A stretch of DNA of 63,930 nucleotides, the filler included, from Nemertoderma westbladi (lineage: Eukaryota > Animalia > Xenacoelomorpha), in the NCBI GenBank assembly GCA_032718475.1. It is 4 parts of 4 records of this genome, joined end to end, with 100 filler letters (N's around TTAATTAATTAA, not from the genome) between each part and the next. Parts side by side here need not be neighbours in the genome. Positions count along the whole stretch, not along the records: positions 1 to 29,843 come from JAUCBJ010004335.1; positions 29,944 to 40,570 come from JAUCBJ010008067.1; 2 more parts are not named here. One strand, written 5' to 3'. Within the stretch, counting starts at the first letter, position 1; each line of letters starts with the position of its first letter. Shown here piece after piece: positions 24,589 through 36,600 of this stretch. Below the pieces are notes generated by a model. The model searched no databases. It worked only from the letters and a program-made list of their open reading frames with translations, and was not told the DNA's origin. Made by a program: the position numbers and the translations under genes.

Positions 24589-25572
24589 ATGAATCTCGGC
24601 ACCATAATTGCGAAGCGCGTTCCCTGGTTTTATTTTAATAGGCCTACCGGTACTCCGGGAAATGAAAGATTCGTTGTGTTAATGAGAATAACATCGCGAA
24701 GTCAACGGTGTTTAAATTCATGGCTAACCTGTGAGCAACGATTACTAACTACCGGTACCAACAATAAGAATAAACTACTTCGGTTCATTACCTCGGAACC
24801 TAGCACCTTCCGGTACCCCAGTAGAGGTACTATAGATCCCTCTCTATTACCCAATAAGAGGATGCATCTGGTTCTACTCTTACCTTTGGTTGCTTTTATC
24901 CTCGGTGTCTGGCAGGTTTACCGGCGCCAATGGAAATTAGGCCTGATTGCCGAGTTGGAATCAAAGATGCTGCAGCCTCCGCTAGATGTGTTACCTGAGA
25001 CTGGTGAGGGGTTGAACTACCGCAGGGTGGAGCTACGAGGCCGGTTCGAACACTCAAAAGAGATGTACCTCCACCCGCGGGTGCTGTCAGCCTCCCATGG
25101 GGGGTCGGCGATGTTCTCGGACGGACACAGGAACGGCGCTCATGTAGTGACTCCGTTCCATCTGGCAGACCAACCCGGTCGCACGGTGCTGGTGGACCGC
25201 GGATGGGTCCCTCTGGACCTTATGGACCGCAGGCGGAGGACCGGGGGGCAGGTACAGGGTGTTACTACGGTAACCGGGGTTTGTAGGGACTCTGAGCGCG
25301 GCGGTTGGCCGATGCCCAGCAACGAGCCGGCGGCTAACCATTGGTTTTATCGGGATAACGTGTCGTTAGCTGAGTCTGCTGGCGCGGACGCTATACTGGT
25401 GGAGGCGGCAGACACGGTCCCTGGGGGACCGACTGGGGGGCAGACCAGGGTGACTCTCCGTAACAAACACTTTGAGTATGTGATTACGTGGTGGACTATG
25501 GCTGGCGCGATGCTAACTCTATGGGGGGTCTTTATTGTGCGTCCCAGACGGAGGGCCGGCTTCCGTCTATAA
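24589..25572 (+). CDS. SURF1: Surfeit locus protein 1 (cytochrome c oxidase assembly factor), intronless; start codon uncertain
   Basis: Motifs LGVWQVYRRQWKLGLI, YRRVELRGRF, VVTPF, VLVDRGWVP and GGQTRVTLRNKHFEYVITWW; two TM segments. Confidence 0.95.
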   Translation: MNLGTIIAKRVPWFYFNRPTGTPGNERFVVLMRITSRSQRCLNSWLTCEQRLLTTGTNNKNKLLRFITSEPSTFRYPSRGTIDPSLLPNKRMHLVLLLPLVAFILGVWQVYRRQWKLGLIAELESKMLQPPLDVLPETGEGLNYRRVELRGRFEHSKEMYLHPRVLSASHGGSAMFSDGHRNGAHVVTPFHLADQPGRTVLVDRGWVPLDLMDRRRRTGGQVQGVTTVTGVCRDSERGGWPMPSNEPAANHWFYRDNVSLAESAGADAILVEAADTVPGGPTGGQTRVTLRNKHFEYVITWWTMAGAMLTLWGVFIVRPRRRAGFRL

Positions 25573-26059
25573 TATAAATATAATACACTTTGTCGTTTAT
25601 TTTTTACAACGCCGTCAATTAATTAATTGTGAGATTTATTGACAAATCGCCTGGCCAATTGCCAAGCCGTGCTAATTAATTAACAATATTATAATTATTG
25701 TATTTAATAATGTTAACTTAATAGACTTTCATTATTATTATTTAATTTTGAAATAAACTGCTGACGAGGCTTAAAGAGGGCAGCGGGCCTCTCTTGCTGT
25801 GGTGATTACCATTTTGCTTATTCTAGCCTAAGCATGATTTTAGTTCCTAAAGGACACCAATAACCACAAAGGAAGTATTGTGTTATGGTACCACTGACAA
25901 GTCATAACATTTGATGCAGCTGTTCCTAGCATTGTATTTGCATTGCTTAATATTTTATTTGATGCACGAATACTTGTGATATGCAAGTAGTCTTTGAGCT
26001 CCACTAATTTAATTATTTATGTGTTTGTTTTGCCAAAATCTCATATTTGACGCCTTAGT

Positions 26060-29000
26060 GCTTGGTGTGGGCGCACTGATGGTCCGCTGACTGGCAGCTT
26101 GGTGTGGGCGCACTGATGGTCCGCTGGCTGGCAGCTTGGTGTGGGCGCACTGATGGTCCGCTGACTGGTAGCTTGGTGTGGGCGCACTGATGGTCCGCTG
26201 ACTGGTAGGGCAGCTTGGTGTGGGCGCACTGATGGTCCGCTGGGTGGCAGCTTGGTGTGGGCGCACTAATGGTCCGCTGGGTGGTAGCTTGGTGTGGGCG
26301 CACTGATGGTCCGATGGCTGGTAGCTTGGTGTGGGCGCACTGATGGTCCGCTGGCTGGTAGCTTGGTGTGGGCGCACTGATGGTCCGCTGGGTGGCAGCT
26401 TGGTGTGGGCGCACTGATGGTCCGCTCGGTGGTAGCTTGGTGTGGGCGCACTGATGGTCCGCTCGGTGGTAGCTTGGTGTGGGCGCACTGATGGTCCGCT
26501 GGCTGGTAGCTTGGTGTGGGCGTACTGACGGTCCGCTGGCTGGTAGCTTGGTGTGGGCGCACTGATGGTCCGCTGGCTGGCAGCTTGGTTTGGGCGCACT
26601 GATGGTCCGCTGACTGGTAGGGCAGCTTGGTGTGGGCGCACTGATGGTCCGCTGGCTGGTAGCTTGGTGTGGGCGCACTGATGGTCCACTGGCTGGCAGC
26701 TTGGTGTGGGCGCACTGATGGTCCGCTGGGTGGCAGCTTGGTGTGGGCGCACTGATGGTCCGCTGACTGGTAGCTTGGTGTGGGCGCACTGATGGTCCGC
26801 TGGCTGGCAGCTTGGTGTGGGCGCACTGATGGTCCGCTGACTGGTAGGGCAGCTTGGTGTGGGCGCACTGATGGTCCGCTGGCTGGTAGCTTGGTGTGGG
26901 CGCACTGATGGTCCACTGGCTGGCAGCTTGGTGTGGGCGCACTGATGGTCCGCTGGGTGGCAGCTTGGTGTGGGCGCACTGATGGTCCGCTGACTGGTAG
27001 CTTGGTGTGGGCGCACTGATGGTCCGCTGGCTGGTAGCTTGGTGTGGGCGCACTGATGGTCCGCTGACTGGTAGCTTGGTGTGGGCGCACTGATGGTCCT
27101 CTGGCTGGCAGCTTCGTGTGGGCGCACTGATGGTCCGCTGGGTGGTAGCTTGGTGTGGGCGCACTGATGGTCCGCTGGCTGGTAGCTTGGTGTGGGCGCA
27201 CTGATGGTCCGCTGGCTGGTAGCTTGGTGTGGGCGCACTGATGGTCCGCTGGCTGGCAGCTTGGTGTGGGCGCACTGATGGTCCGCTTGCTGGCAGCTTG
27301 GTGTGGGTGCACTGATGGTCCGCTGGGTGGCAGCTTGGTGTGGGCGCACTGATGGTCCGCTGGCTGGCAGCTTGGTGTGGGCGCACTGATGGTCCGCTCG
27401 GTGGTAGCTTGGTGTGGGCGCACTGATGGTCCGCTGACTGGTAGGGCAGCTTGGTGTGGGCGCACTGATGGTCCGCTGGCTGGTAGCTTGGTGTGGGCGC
27501 ACTGATGGTCCACTGGCTGGCAGCTTGGTGTGGGCGCACTGATGGTCCGCTGGGTGGCAGCTTGGTGTGGGCGCACTGATGGTCCGCTGACTGGTAGCTT
27601 GGTGTGGGCGCACTGATGGTCCGCTGGCTGGCAGCTTGGTGTGGGCGCACTGATGGTCCGCTGACTGGTAGGGCAGCTTGGTGTGGGCGCACTGATGGTC
27701 CGCTGGCTGGTAGCTTGGTGTGGGCGCACTGATGGTCCACTGGCTGGCAGCTTGGTGTGGGCGCACTGATGGTCCGCTGGGTGGCAGCTTGGTGTGGGCG
27801 CACTGATGGTCCGCTGACTGGTAGCTTGGTGTGGGCGCACTGATGGTCCGCTGGCTGGTAGCTTGGTGTGGGCGCACTGATGGTCCGCTGACTGGTAGCT
27901 TGGTGTGGGCGCACTGATGGTCCTCTGGCTGGCAGCTTCGTGTGGGCGCACTGATGGTCCGCTGGGTGGTAGCTTGGTGTGGGCGCACTGATGGTCCGCT
28001 GGCTGGTAGCTTGGTGTGGGCGCACTGATGGTCCGCTGGCTGGTAGCTTGGTGTGGGCGCACTGATGGTCCGCTGGCTGGCAGCTTGGTGTGGGCGCACT
28101 GATGGTCCGCTTGCTGGCAGCTTGGTGTGGGTGCACTGATGGTCCGCTGGGTGGCAGCTTGGTGTGGGCGCACTGATGGTCCGCTGGCTGGCAGCTTGGT
28201 GTGGGCGCACTGATGGTCCGCTCGGTGGTAGCTTGGTGTGGGCGCACTGATGGTCCGCTGGCTGGCAGCTTGGTGTGGGCGCACTGATGGTCCGCTGGGT
28301 GGCAGCTTGGTGTGGGCGCACTGATGGTCCGCTGACTGGTAGCTTGGTGTGGGCGCACTGATGGTCCGCTGGCTGGTAGCTTGGTGTGGGCGCACTGATG
28401 GTCCGCTGGGTGGCAGCTTGGTGTGGGCGCACTGATGGTCCGCTGACTGGTAGCTTGGTGTGGGCGCACTGATGGTCCGCTGGCTGGTAGCTTGGTGTGG
28501 GCGCACTGATGGTCCGCTGACTGGTAGCTTGGTGTGGGCGCACTGATGGTCCTCTGGCTGTCAGCTTCGTGTGGGCGCACTGATGGTCCGCTGGGTGGCA
28601 GCTTGGTGTGGGCGCACTGATGGTCCGCTGGCTGGTAGCTTGGTGTGGGCGCACTGATGGTCCACTGGCTGGCAGCTTGGTGTGGGCGCACTGATGGTCC
28701 GCTGGGTGGCAGCTTGGTGTGGGCGCACTGATGGTCCGCTGACTGGTAGCTTGGTGTGGGCGCACTGATGGTCCGCTGGCTGGCAGCTTGGTGTGGGCGC
28801 ACTGATGGTCCGCTGACTGGTAGGGCAGCTTGGTGTGGGCGCACTGATGGTCCGCTGGCTGGTAGCTTGGTGTGGGCGCACTGATGGTCCACTGGCTGGC
28901 AGCTTGGTGTGGGCGCACTGATGGTCCGCTGGGTGGCAGCTTGGTGTGGGCGCACTGATGGTCCGCTGACTGGTAGCTTGGTGTGGGCGCACTGATGGTC

Positions 29001-29843
29001 CGCTGGCTGGTAGCTTGGTGTGGGCGCACTGATGGTCCGCTGACTGGTAGCTTGGTGTGGGCGCACTGATGGTCCTCTGGCTGGCAGCTTCGTGTGGGCG
29101 CACTGATGGTCCGCTGGGTGGTAGCTTGGTGTGGGCGCACTGATGGTCCGCTGGCTGGTAGCTTGGTGTGGGCGCACTGATGGTCCGCTGGCTGGTAGCT
29201 TGGTGTGGGCGCACTGATGGTCCGCTGGCTGGCAGCTTGGTGTGGGCGCACTGATGGTCCGCTTGCTGGCAGCTTGGTGTGGGTGCACTGATGGTCCGCT
29301 GGGTGGCAGCTTGGTGTGGGCGCACTGATGGTCCGCTGGCTGGCAGCTTGGTGTGGGCGCACTGATGGTCCGCTCGGTGGTAGCTTGGTGTGGGCGCACT
29401 GATGGTCCGCTGGCTGGCAGCTTGGTGTGGGCGCACTGATGGTCCGCTGGCTGGTAGCTTGGTGTGGGCGCACTGATGGTCCGCTGGCTGGTAGCTTGGT
29501 GTGGGCGCACTGATGGTCCGCTGGCTGGCAGCTTGGTGTGGGCGCACTGATGGTCCGCTTGCTGGCAGCTTGGTGTGGGTGCACTGATGGTCCGCTGGCT
29601 GGTAGCTTGGTGTGGGCGCACTGATGGTCCGCTGGCTGGTAGCTTGGTGTGGGCGCACTGATGGTCCGCTGGCTGGCAGCTTCGTGTGGGTGCACTGATG
29701 GTCCGCTGGGTGGCAGCTTGGTGTGGGCGCACTGATGGTCCGCTGGGTGGCAGCTTGGTGTGGGCGCACTGATGGTCCGCTGACTGGTAGCTTGGTGTGG
29801 GCGCACTGATGGTCCGCTGGCTGGTAGGGCAGCTTGGTGTGGG
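26060..29843. repeat. 37-bp GC-rich minisatellite, about 100 copies, running into the gap
   Basis: Unit GCTTGGTGTGGGCGCACTGATGGTCCGCTGGCTGGCA with recurring variants. Confidence 0.98.
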
Positions 29844-29943
29844 NNNNNNNNNNNNNNNNNNNNNNNNNNNNNNNNNNNNNNNNNNNNTTAATTAATTAAN
29901 NNNNNNNNNNNNNNNNNNNNNNNNNNNNNNNNNNNNNNNNNNN
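29844..29943. other. Artificial contig linker (44 N + TTAATTAATTAA + 44 N)
   Basis: The same 100-bp construct recurs at 40571-40670 and 60956-61055; the 12-mer gives stops in all six frames. Confidence 0.95.
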
Positions 29944-30576
29944 TAACAAAAAGTCCCGTGACTTTAGCTCTCTTATTTTCCAAGAATCCCGTTCAACACA
30001 TGTAATCAGCAGTGAGACAGGATAATTTCAGTTCAGTAGCTCGGGATTGGTCGAAATCAGAACTAACTCAACGCAGGGCTATGGGTAACTGGGGCAACCT
30101 TCCCAAGCCGGCTGGCCAATCGAACAGCTCAGATCCCTCCTAAAGGATTCCAACGCCTTGGAGGGGGGAACTGGTTAGCAAAGAAAACAAATCAGTCATA
30201 TCCCAGAAAAACCTTTACAGTAGGTTTCAGAGTATTTTAGCGTATGGGGGAAAAACTGGGTTGCGGGGCGAAGGGCCAGTTACATCCCACAGAAGCTTTT
30301 ACATACCGTACAACAAGAGTCCCACGAGAAATGAAAACAAATAAGTTGGTGCCAGTTCCCAAGAAGGGCAACCTAACACTCTATGGTTCTTTTCGGGGAA
30401 TCTCATTGATCTCGATTGCTACAAAGCTATACAATATAATTATATTAAATCGCATCAGGGATCCCATTGAGAGACTGCTCCGTGGAAATCAGAATGGGTT
30501 CCGTAAAGGTCGTGGGACCATGGAACCCATTTTGGCACTTAGAAGGATAATTGACGAGTTATCAAAAAAGAATTAA

Positions 30577-33056
30577 GGACATCCCGAAACACAATGTTAA
30601 AGTCATTGCTGGTGACCTGAATGCGCAAATTGGCCCAGAAGACATCAAGGGTTACACCTATAACACCAGTTCTAACAGAAATGGGTACTTACCCTTAGAC
30701 CTAATGGAAGAATGTGAATTGATACCAACAAACAACACATTCGAAAAGAGTAAGGGGAAGCTATGGACCTTTCAATACCCTAATGGAACCAAAGCACAAC
30801 TGGATTACATCCTTATAAACAAAAAGTGGAGAAATAGCATGATCAACTGCGAGGCATACAGCTCGTTCAACCTAATTGGTTCGGACCACAGAATTGTGAC
30901 TGCAGAGATCAGACTCAGTTTGAGAGCCAGCAAACACAGGACAAGCAAGCAAATCAACTATGACTGGGAGAAACTCAGAACTGACAATGCTGTAAAGGAT
31001 GCTTATACAGTAGAAGTTCAAAACCGCTTTGAAGCACTTCAGTCAATGGATGAAGACCAATCCACCGATTCAATATACCAGAATATAATAACAACATCAC
31101 AAGGAATCAGCTAAGAGGCATATCCCCCAGAAACCTAAACGAAAACAGTATGTGCCATGGCAAAACTCTGAGGTTACTTGTAAGAGAGAAGATCTTAAGA
31201 TAGCCTACAAAGTTAAAACCGAACAACCAACAACCGAAAACATTAACAAGGTTGAGAAAGCTAAGGACGATCTTAAATTGGCCTACAACATCAGCCAGGA
31301 AAAGTACATACAGGATAAAACTGAAGCAATTACAACTGCTCACATACAGCAACAATCAAGACTTACCTGGCAAACTGTAAATGAGGTATCTGGTCGGAAA
31401 AGTTGTGCAAAGGGGCGCCTCAAAGCCGATAGTCCTGAAGAACGTGTTGGGAAGTGGAAAAATCACTTCAGCAACTTGCTTGGGCAGCCACCAAACATCG
31501 AGGTCAGCCCTACAAGGAAAATATATGACAAGCCACTACCTATAGAAACAGGGGACTTCACACCTGCCGAACTCCAAAGAAGCATTAAAAGCATGTCCAA
31601 TAATAAAGCGAGTGGATTAGATGAAATCCCAGCGGAGGTATGGAAAACCGGAGTGCTAAATAGACCATTATTGAATGTTTGCAACCGGATGTTAAAATGG
31701 GAAAAGCCACCACCAATTTGGACTAAAGTTCAACTAAAGCCTCTCCCCAAGAAAGGAGACCTCGGCATACCAACAAACTATCGTGGGATCTGTCTGCTTG
31801 TGGTAGCTGCCAAAATATACAATAAAATGATTCTATATAGGATTAGGCCTCACATAGAGAAACTACTGCGTAAGAGCCAAAACGGATTTCGACCAAGTAG
31901 ATCAACAATAGCTCAGATACTTGCACTACGGAGACTGATTGAAGGAATTAAGTCAAAGAATCTCCCCGCAGTCATGACTTTTGTGGACTTCAAGAAGGCA
32001 TTCGACTCCATCCATAGAGGTAAAATGCTTGAAATCCTAAGAGCTTATGGAATATCAGAAGTAATTGTTGCTGGCATTGGATTGTTATATTGTGACACAG
32101 AAGCGCAGGTACTCTCACCAGATGGTGAAACTGAGTTTTTCTCAATCCTGGCTGGCGTACTGCAAGGTGACACATTAGCACCATTACTATTTGTAATTGT
32201 GCTGGATTACGCAATGAGGACGGCCACAAAGGGTGAAGATCTGGGATTCACACTTCAAGAACGCAGAAGTAGTAGATATCCGGCAACTACAGTCACAGAC
32301 ACCGACTTTGCGGATGACATCGCCCTGCTCTCTAATACGCTAGCAGATGCACAGCTTCTACTAAATAAAGTGGAGCGGGCTGCTAAGGAGGTTGGATTGC
32401 ATATAAATACTACCAAGACCGAATTCATGACCTTTAATGTTGATGGAAACTTGACAACCATTGATAATAATCAACTAAGGAAGGTCGATGACTTCCAGTA
32501 CCTTGGATCATGGATAGAGAGTAGCAAAAAGGACATAGAAGTTAGGAAAGCAAAGGCTTGGGTAGCTCTATCAAAAATGGATACCATCTGGAAATCAGAT
32601 CTCTCCAGGCACCTGAAGACCAAGTTCTTTCGAGCCACAGTGGAAAGTGTATTTTTATACGGGGGTGAGACCTGGACACTGACTAAATCACTTGAACAAC
32701 GAATTGATGGTTGCTACACAAGACTACTAAGGGCAGCCCTAAACATCAGCTGGAGACAACACATGACAAACGCCGAGCTTTATGGTACAATACCACCTGT
32801 ATCAACAACCCTCCGTGAACGCAGATTAAGATTCAGTGGGCACTGCTGGCGAAGTAAAGATGAGGTCATACCAGATCTACTTCTCTGGCAACCAACTCAT
32901 GGAAAGCGTAGTCGTGGACGACCTGCCATAACATATATAGATCAACTTGAAAGGGACACTGAACTTGGGAAAAAAGAAATTGCGACAACTATGGAGAATC
33001 GGGAAGCCTGGAAGGATCTCATTTCCACTATCCGAGTTCGCTCGACCTAGTAGTAG
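30577..33056 (+). mobile_element. RTE-clade LINE, family B, 5'-truncated within the endonuclease
   Basis: APE motifs GDLNAQIG, QLDYIL and SDHRIV; frameshift near 31100; RT ORF ending in a (TAG)3 tail. Confidence 0.9.
31152..33050 (+). CDS. RTE reverse transcriptase (open 632-aa segment)
   Basis: NYRGICL, QNGFR, FVDFKKAFDS, GVLQGDTLAP, DFADD, FQYLGS. Confidence 0.9.
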   Translation: MPWQNSEVTCKREDLKIAYKVKTEQPTTENINKVEKAKDDLKLAYNISQEKYIQDKTEAITTAHIQQQSRLTWQTVNEVSGRKSCAKGRLKADSPEERVGKWKNHFSNLLGQPPNIEVSPTRKIYDKPLPIETGDFTPAELQRSIKSMSNNKASGLDEIPAEVWKTGVLNRPLLNVCNRMLKWEKPPPIWTKVQLKPLPKKGDLGIPTNYRGICLLVVAAKIYNKMILYRIRPHIEKLLRKSQNGFRPSRSTIAQILALRRLIEGIKSKNLPAVMTFVDFKKAFDSIHRGKMLEILRAYGISEVIVAGIGLLYCDTEAQVLSPDGETEFFSILAGVLQGDTLAPLLFVIVLDYAMRTATKGEDLGFTLQERRSSRYPATTVTDTDFADDIALLSNTLADAQLLLNKVERAAKEVGLHINTTKTEFMTFNVDGNLTTIDNNQLRKVDDFQYLGSWIESSKKDIEVRKAKAWVALSKMDTIWKSDLSRHLKTKFFRATVESVFLYGGETWTLTKSLEQRIDGCYTRLLRAALNISWRQHMTNAELYGTIPPVSTTLRERRLRFSGHCWRSKDEVIPDLLLWQPTHGKRSRGRPAITYIDQLERDTELGKKEIATTMENREAWKDLISTIRVRST

Positions 33057-35054
33057 GCAGGCATCTGGCTGTTATCTTTGTTGACTTCTTCAAGGCCTTT
33101 GATTCAGTCTCCCGCTCACGTATGTTCAGCATACTTTCATTATATGGGATTCCTGATGAAATTATTGCAGCAATCAGATCAGTATACTATGGTTCGACAA
33201 CATTTGTGTCTACTGTTGATGGTGACACAGTACCATTTGATGTGTTATGGGGCGTCGTCCAGGGAGACACACTTGCACCATTCTGGTTAATAATTGTGGT
33301 TGACTATGTTCTACGCATGTCCTTAGATCATCATAATGATGAGGGGGTGATGATAACTCCACCTACTGGCTCCAGAAGTCGAGGAAATCCTGCCAAGTAC
33401 CTAACTGATCTAGACTTTGCTGATGACTTAGGAGTACTCTCCGAATCACTAGAGGGAGCCCAACGGCCCCTCAGCTCATTAGAACATACTGCTTCTAGTG
33501 TTGGTCTTTTTATTAACTCAAGAAAGACCAAACTTTTGACAGTTAACTTTGAAAGTTCTCAGCAAGTCTCTGATCGGATGAGCATAAGCTCAAAGGATGG
33601 TATGCTTGAGCATGTGGACGACTTCTGTTACCTGGGATCATGGATCCGGAAGTCAGGTGAGGACCTTCGAATACGTAAGGGAAAGGCATGGACAGCCTTG
33701 AATAGGCTTTCCAGGATTTGGAAGTCACCGAGAACTAATCGGAAACTTAAGGTCCGATTATTTAGAGCAGCGGTAGTTCCAGTACTCCTCTATGGGAGTC
33801 CATGTTGGGCTCTAACAAAATCGCCTCAGCTTTGCAGGACATTGCTTTTGCCATGAGGACCAGCCAGTGCATAATCTTCTACTTTGGCAGCCTCATGGAG
33901 TGAATAAGCATGGTGGACAGCCCATGACTTTCTTGAGACGCATCTCAAAGGACACTGGCCTTGAAGATGCGGATGATCTAGCAAATGTCATGGGTGATAG
34001 GGAGTCGTGGCGGCGCAATGTTGTCGACAAGACGGCACAGCATTCTTAAAAATGCAGCTGCAATGCAGCATGCCGTTACTAGTAGTAGTAAGTGCATTAG
34101 TAAGTACATCTGTAAGCAATTAAATTATTATTATTAAGTTAAGTTTGTTATAGTACATATTATACTTATTATACATATACAATAGTACCACAGCCCAGCA
34201 ATTATAAATATCAAATAAAAAATAAAATTACAAATAATTATAATATAAAGTAAGTAAAGTAGTTTACATAATATAGAAAAAATTGTTCTATTGATTCATG
34301 CGATGTGTATCCTTTTTTTATTTAATCTGTATCCTAATACAGTAGCAGTTATGACCTGTAGGCTCATTCCATGCAAATGTCAACCGCAGTGCCAATTTTG
34401 AAAAAAGTGAATTATTGCTTCTCATATCAATTTTCAGAACCAATTTATGATGAGGTTTACGAGTTTAATTCAAAAAACCGCATCAACATTGGTTCACTTT
34501 CTGAAATCTGGTGTCATTCGCCCTTACCTCTCAAACAGCAATTATACAGTTAACTGAGTGCATAATATGACAACCGAGTTTTATGAGTAGCTTTAGGCAG
34601 AAGGCAACGTAATAGAGTACTTTTCGAAGCAAAACAATCATATTTTCTAATGATATCATTTGCTGTCAATTAAAACAACGTTATGTCTAAAAATGAATTG
34701 CTTATAATCTGCTTACATCATAATGTCCCGCACTTTACGATGAACACCATATTTTGTTTGTACAGGATAGACATATTATAATAGAATGATGTTTAAATGT
34801 CGTGTGCAAAGCACAACTATATGTACTTGTAATCTGGAGTACTTAGTTTGTTTGTGGTGTTTTGTGTTATGTTTTTTTTTAATCCACTTACTCATTTATT
34901 TACTTAAAGTATAAAAACCTTTCAAATTTAAAAAACACATCATACAAATATCATAAAAAACCCATCACCAGCTGACTGTAATTATAGGATAGAAACAAAT
35001 GGAGGGATTTTTAAATGTAGTGCAGTAGCATTACCCACCACTATCACAACTACT

Positions 35055-35605
35055 ACTACTAGGATCGGCATGCTGCATTGCAGTTGCATTTTTAAGAATG
35101 CTGTGCCGGCTTGTCAACAAAATTGCACCGCCACAACTCCCTATCACCCATGACATTTGCTAGATTATCCGCATCTTTAAGGCCAGTGTCCTTTAAGATG
35201 CGTCTCAAGAAAGTCATGGGCTGTCCACCATGCTTATTCACTCCTTGAGGCTGCCAAAGTACAAGATTATGCACTGGCTGGTCCTCACGGCGAAAGCAAT
35301 GTCCTGCAAAGCGGAGGCGATTTTGTTCTAGTGTCAAGCTTGGGGGAACCAATGAGACACCTCCAATGTTATATAGTGTCTGGTTGGAGATGTGTGCATT
35401 GTACTTGACACAATGTACCCGGCGTAGCATTCTTGTGAATGTACCATCCAGAGATTTGGTGTCCTCAGCAGTTAGAGCCCAGCATGGACTCCCGTAGAGG
35501 AGTACTGGAACTACTGCTGCTCTAAATAATCGGACCTTAAGTTTCCGATTAATTCTAGGTGACTTCCAAATCCTGGAAAGCCTATTCAAGGCTGCTATTC
35601 AGTAG
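35055..35605 (-). mobile_element. 5'-truncated RTE family A copy with 20-bp TSD
   Basis: Matches 33695-34090; CCACCACTATCACAACTACT at 35035-35054 and 35606-35625. Confidence 0.9.
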
Positions 35606-35625
35606 CCACCACTATCACAACTACT

Positions 35626-36600
35626 GAACTATTGTTCTGTGTCCGCGTTTTCCAGACAGATGGATACGTCGGCCACAGAACACTGTAACGGGGGGTATCA
35701 AGGCAGACCTGCAACCCCGAAGGCACAGCAGCGATGAGCGCAACAGCGCGAAGTTAACTTTTCGCCGTACCCACGCCACACACTCCGAATACCGAATGTC
35801 GCGCTTATCAACCAGCTTCAGCGCGAGTCTCTTGAAAAACTGGCGAGCAGTTGGCGCCATCCCACCAAACACTGAAAATATGAGGGGAGTCGATGAACAA
35901 CCGCTGGAATCGGTTACCCCAGAAGCAGCTTGCCAACACATCCAGTTTCGCCTGCTGGTCCGAGGACGTTGTACAATGCGAGAAGGTTTCACTGAATAAT
36001 GTCTGTCGCAGTGGTTCGACAGCGACGTTGTAGGCGACCTCAGCCAGCGAGCTGGCAATAAAATCGCGAATCTCGTTATGCCTGATGGAGGGAAATCCCC
36101 CAGTGGGACATGAAAGGACGTGGGAAGAAGAAAATCGCGACCCACAGGCACAATGAGATGGGAGATTCTTTGGAATCCAACCGTAGCGGAGAAACAACGC
36201 ATCCTGGAACTCTTCTTTACTAAGGTGAGTCTCGTGTAATGTCATTGGCTTGTAATTTAACCACGCGGATGCACCTAGCTCTGTTGTTAGTTCACACAGT
36301 TTACATTGTTCTGTAGATAATTGCAATTGCACCTCTTCTTTTTTAGCAGCGGCTGCAATAACCGATTCTTACTTAATGAGGTTTACGATGTGGAACTGCT
36401 CTACCCTCACCGCTGCCATTGATGCAGTAGTTGACAACGGTTCGCATACCCAACGCAAATGGCCATACTGTGGCTCCAAGTGAGCAGCAACAGGGATACC
36501 CTACCTGCCGTTCCGAACCGGGACAGCAAACAGTTGACCGCTGGCTTCTCAGTTCGTCCCAGTACATACAGCTTAGCCGTGAGGACAAAGTTGTAGCTAA
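35626..36600 (-). mobile_element. Degraded CRE-like non-LTR retrotransposon 3' region (zinc knuckle plus restriction-like endonuclease)
   Basis: LSKEEFQDALFLRYGW..CACG..HVLSC..RHNEIRD..VEP..KLDV and PLIFSVFGGMAP..ALLRSSLLCLRG, spread across frameshifts. Confidence 0.75.

Larger units (their letters stand above)
29944..34092 (+). mobile_element. RTE-clade LINE, family A, internally deleted and split by a second RTE
   Basis: RT N-part at 30330-30576 (PKKGNL..FRGISL..QNGFR..ILALRRII) resumes near 33057 (HLAVIFVDFFKAFDSV..GVVQGDTLAP..LDFADD); (TAG)n tail near 34080-34090; 5' boundary uncertain. Confidence 0.8.

Noticed and set aside
26009-29806. Long minus-strand ORFs or a CRISPR-like array
   Set aside because: Head-to-tail 37-bp units with no unique spacers and no cas genes; the unit length is not a multiple of 3, so the ORFs are artefacts.
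29888-29899. TTAATTAATTAA motif recurring three times
   Set aside because: Always centred in an identical N run: an artificial six-frame-stop linker.
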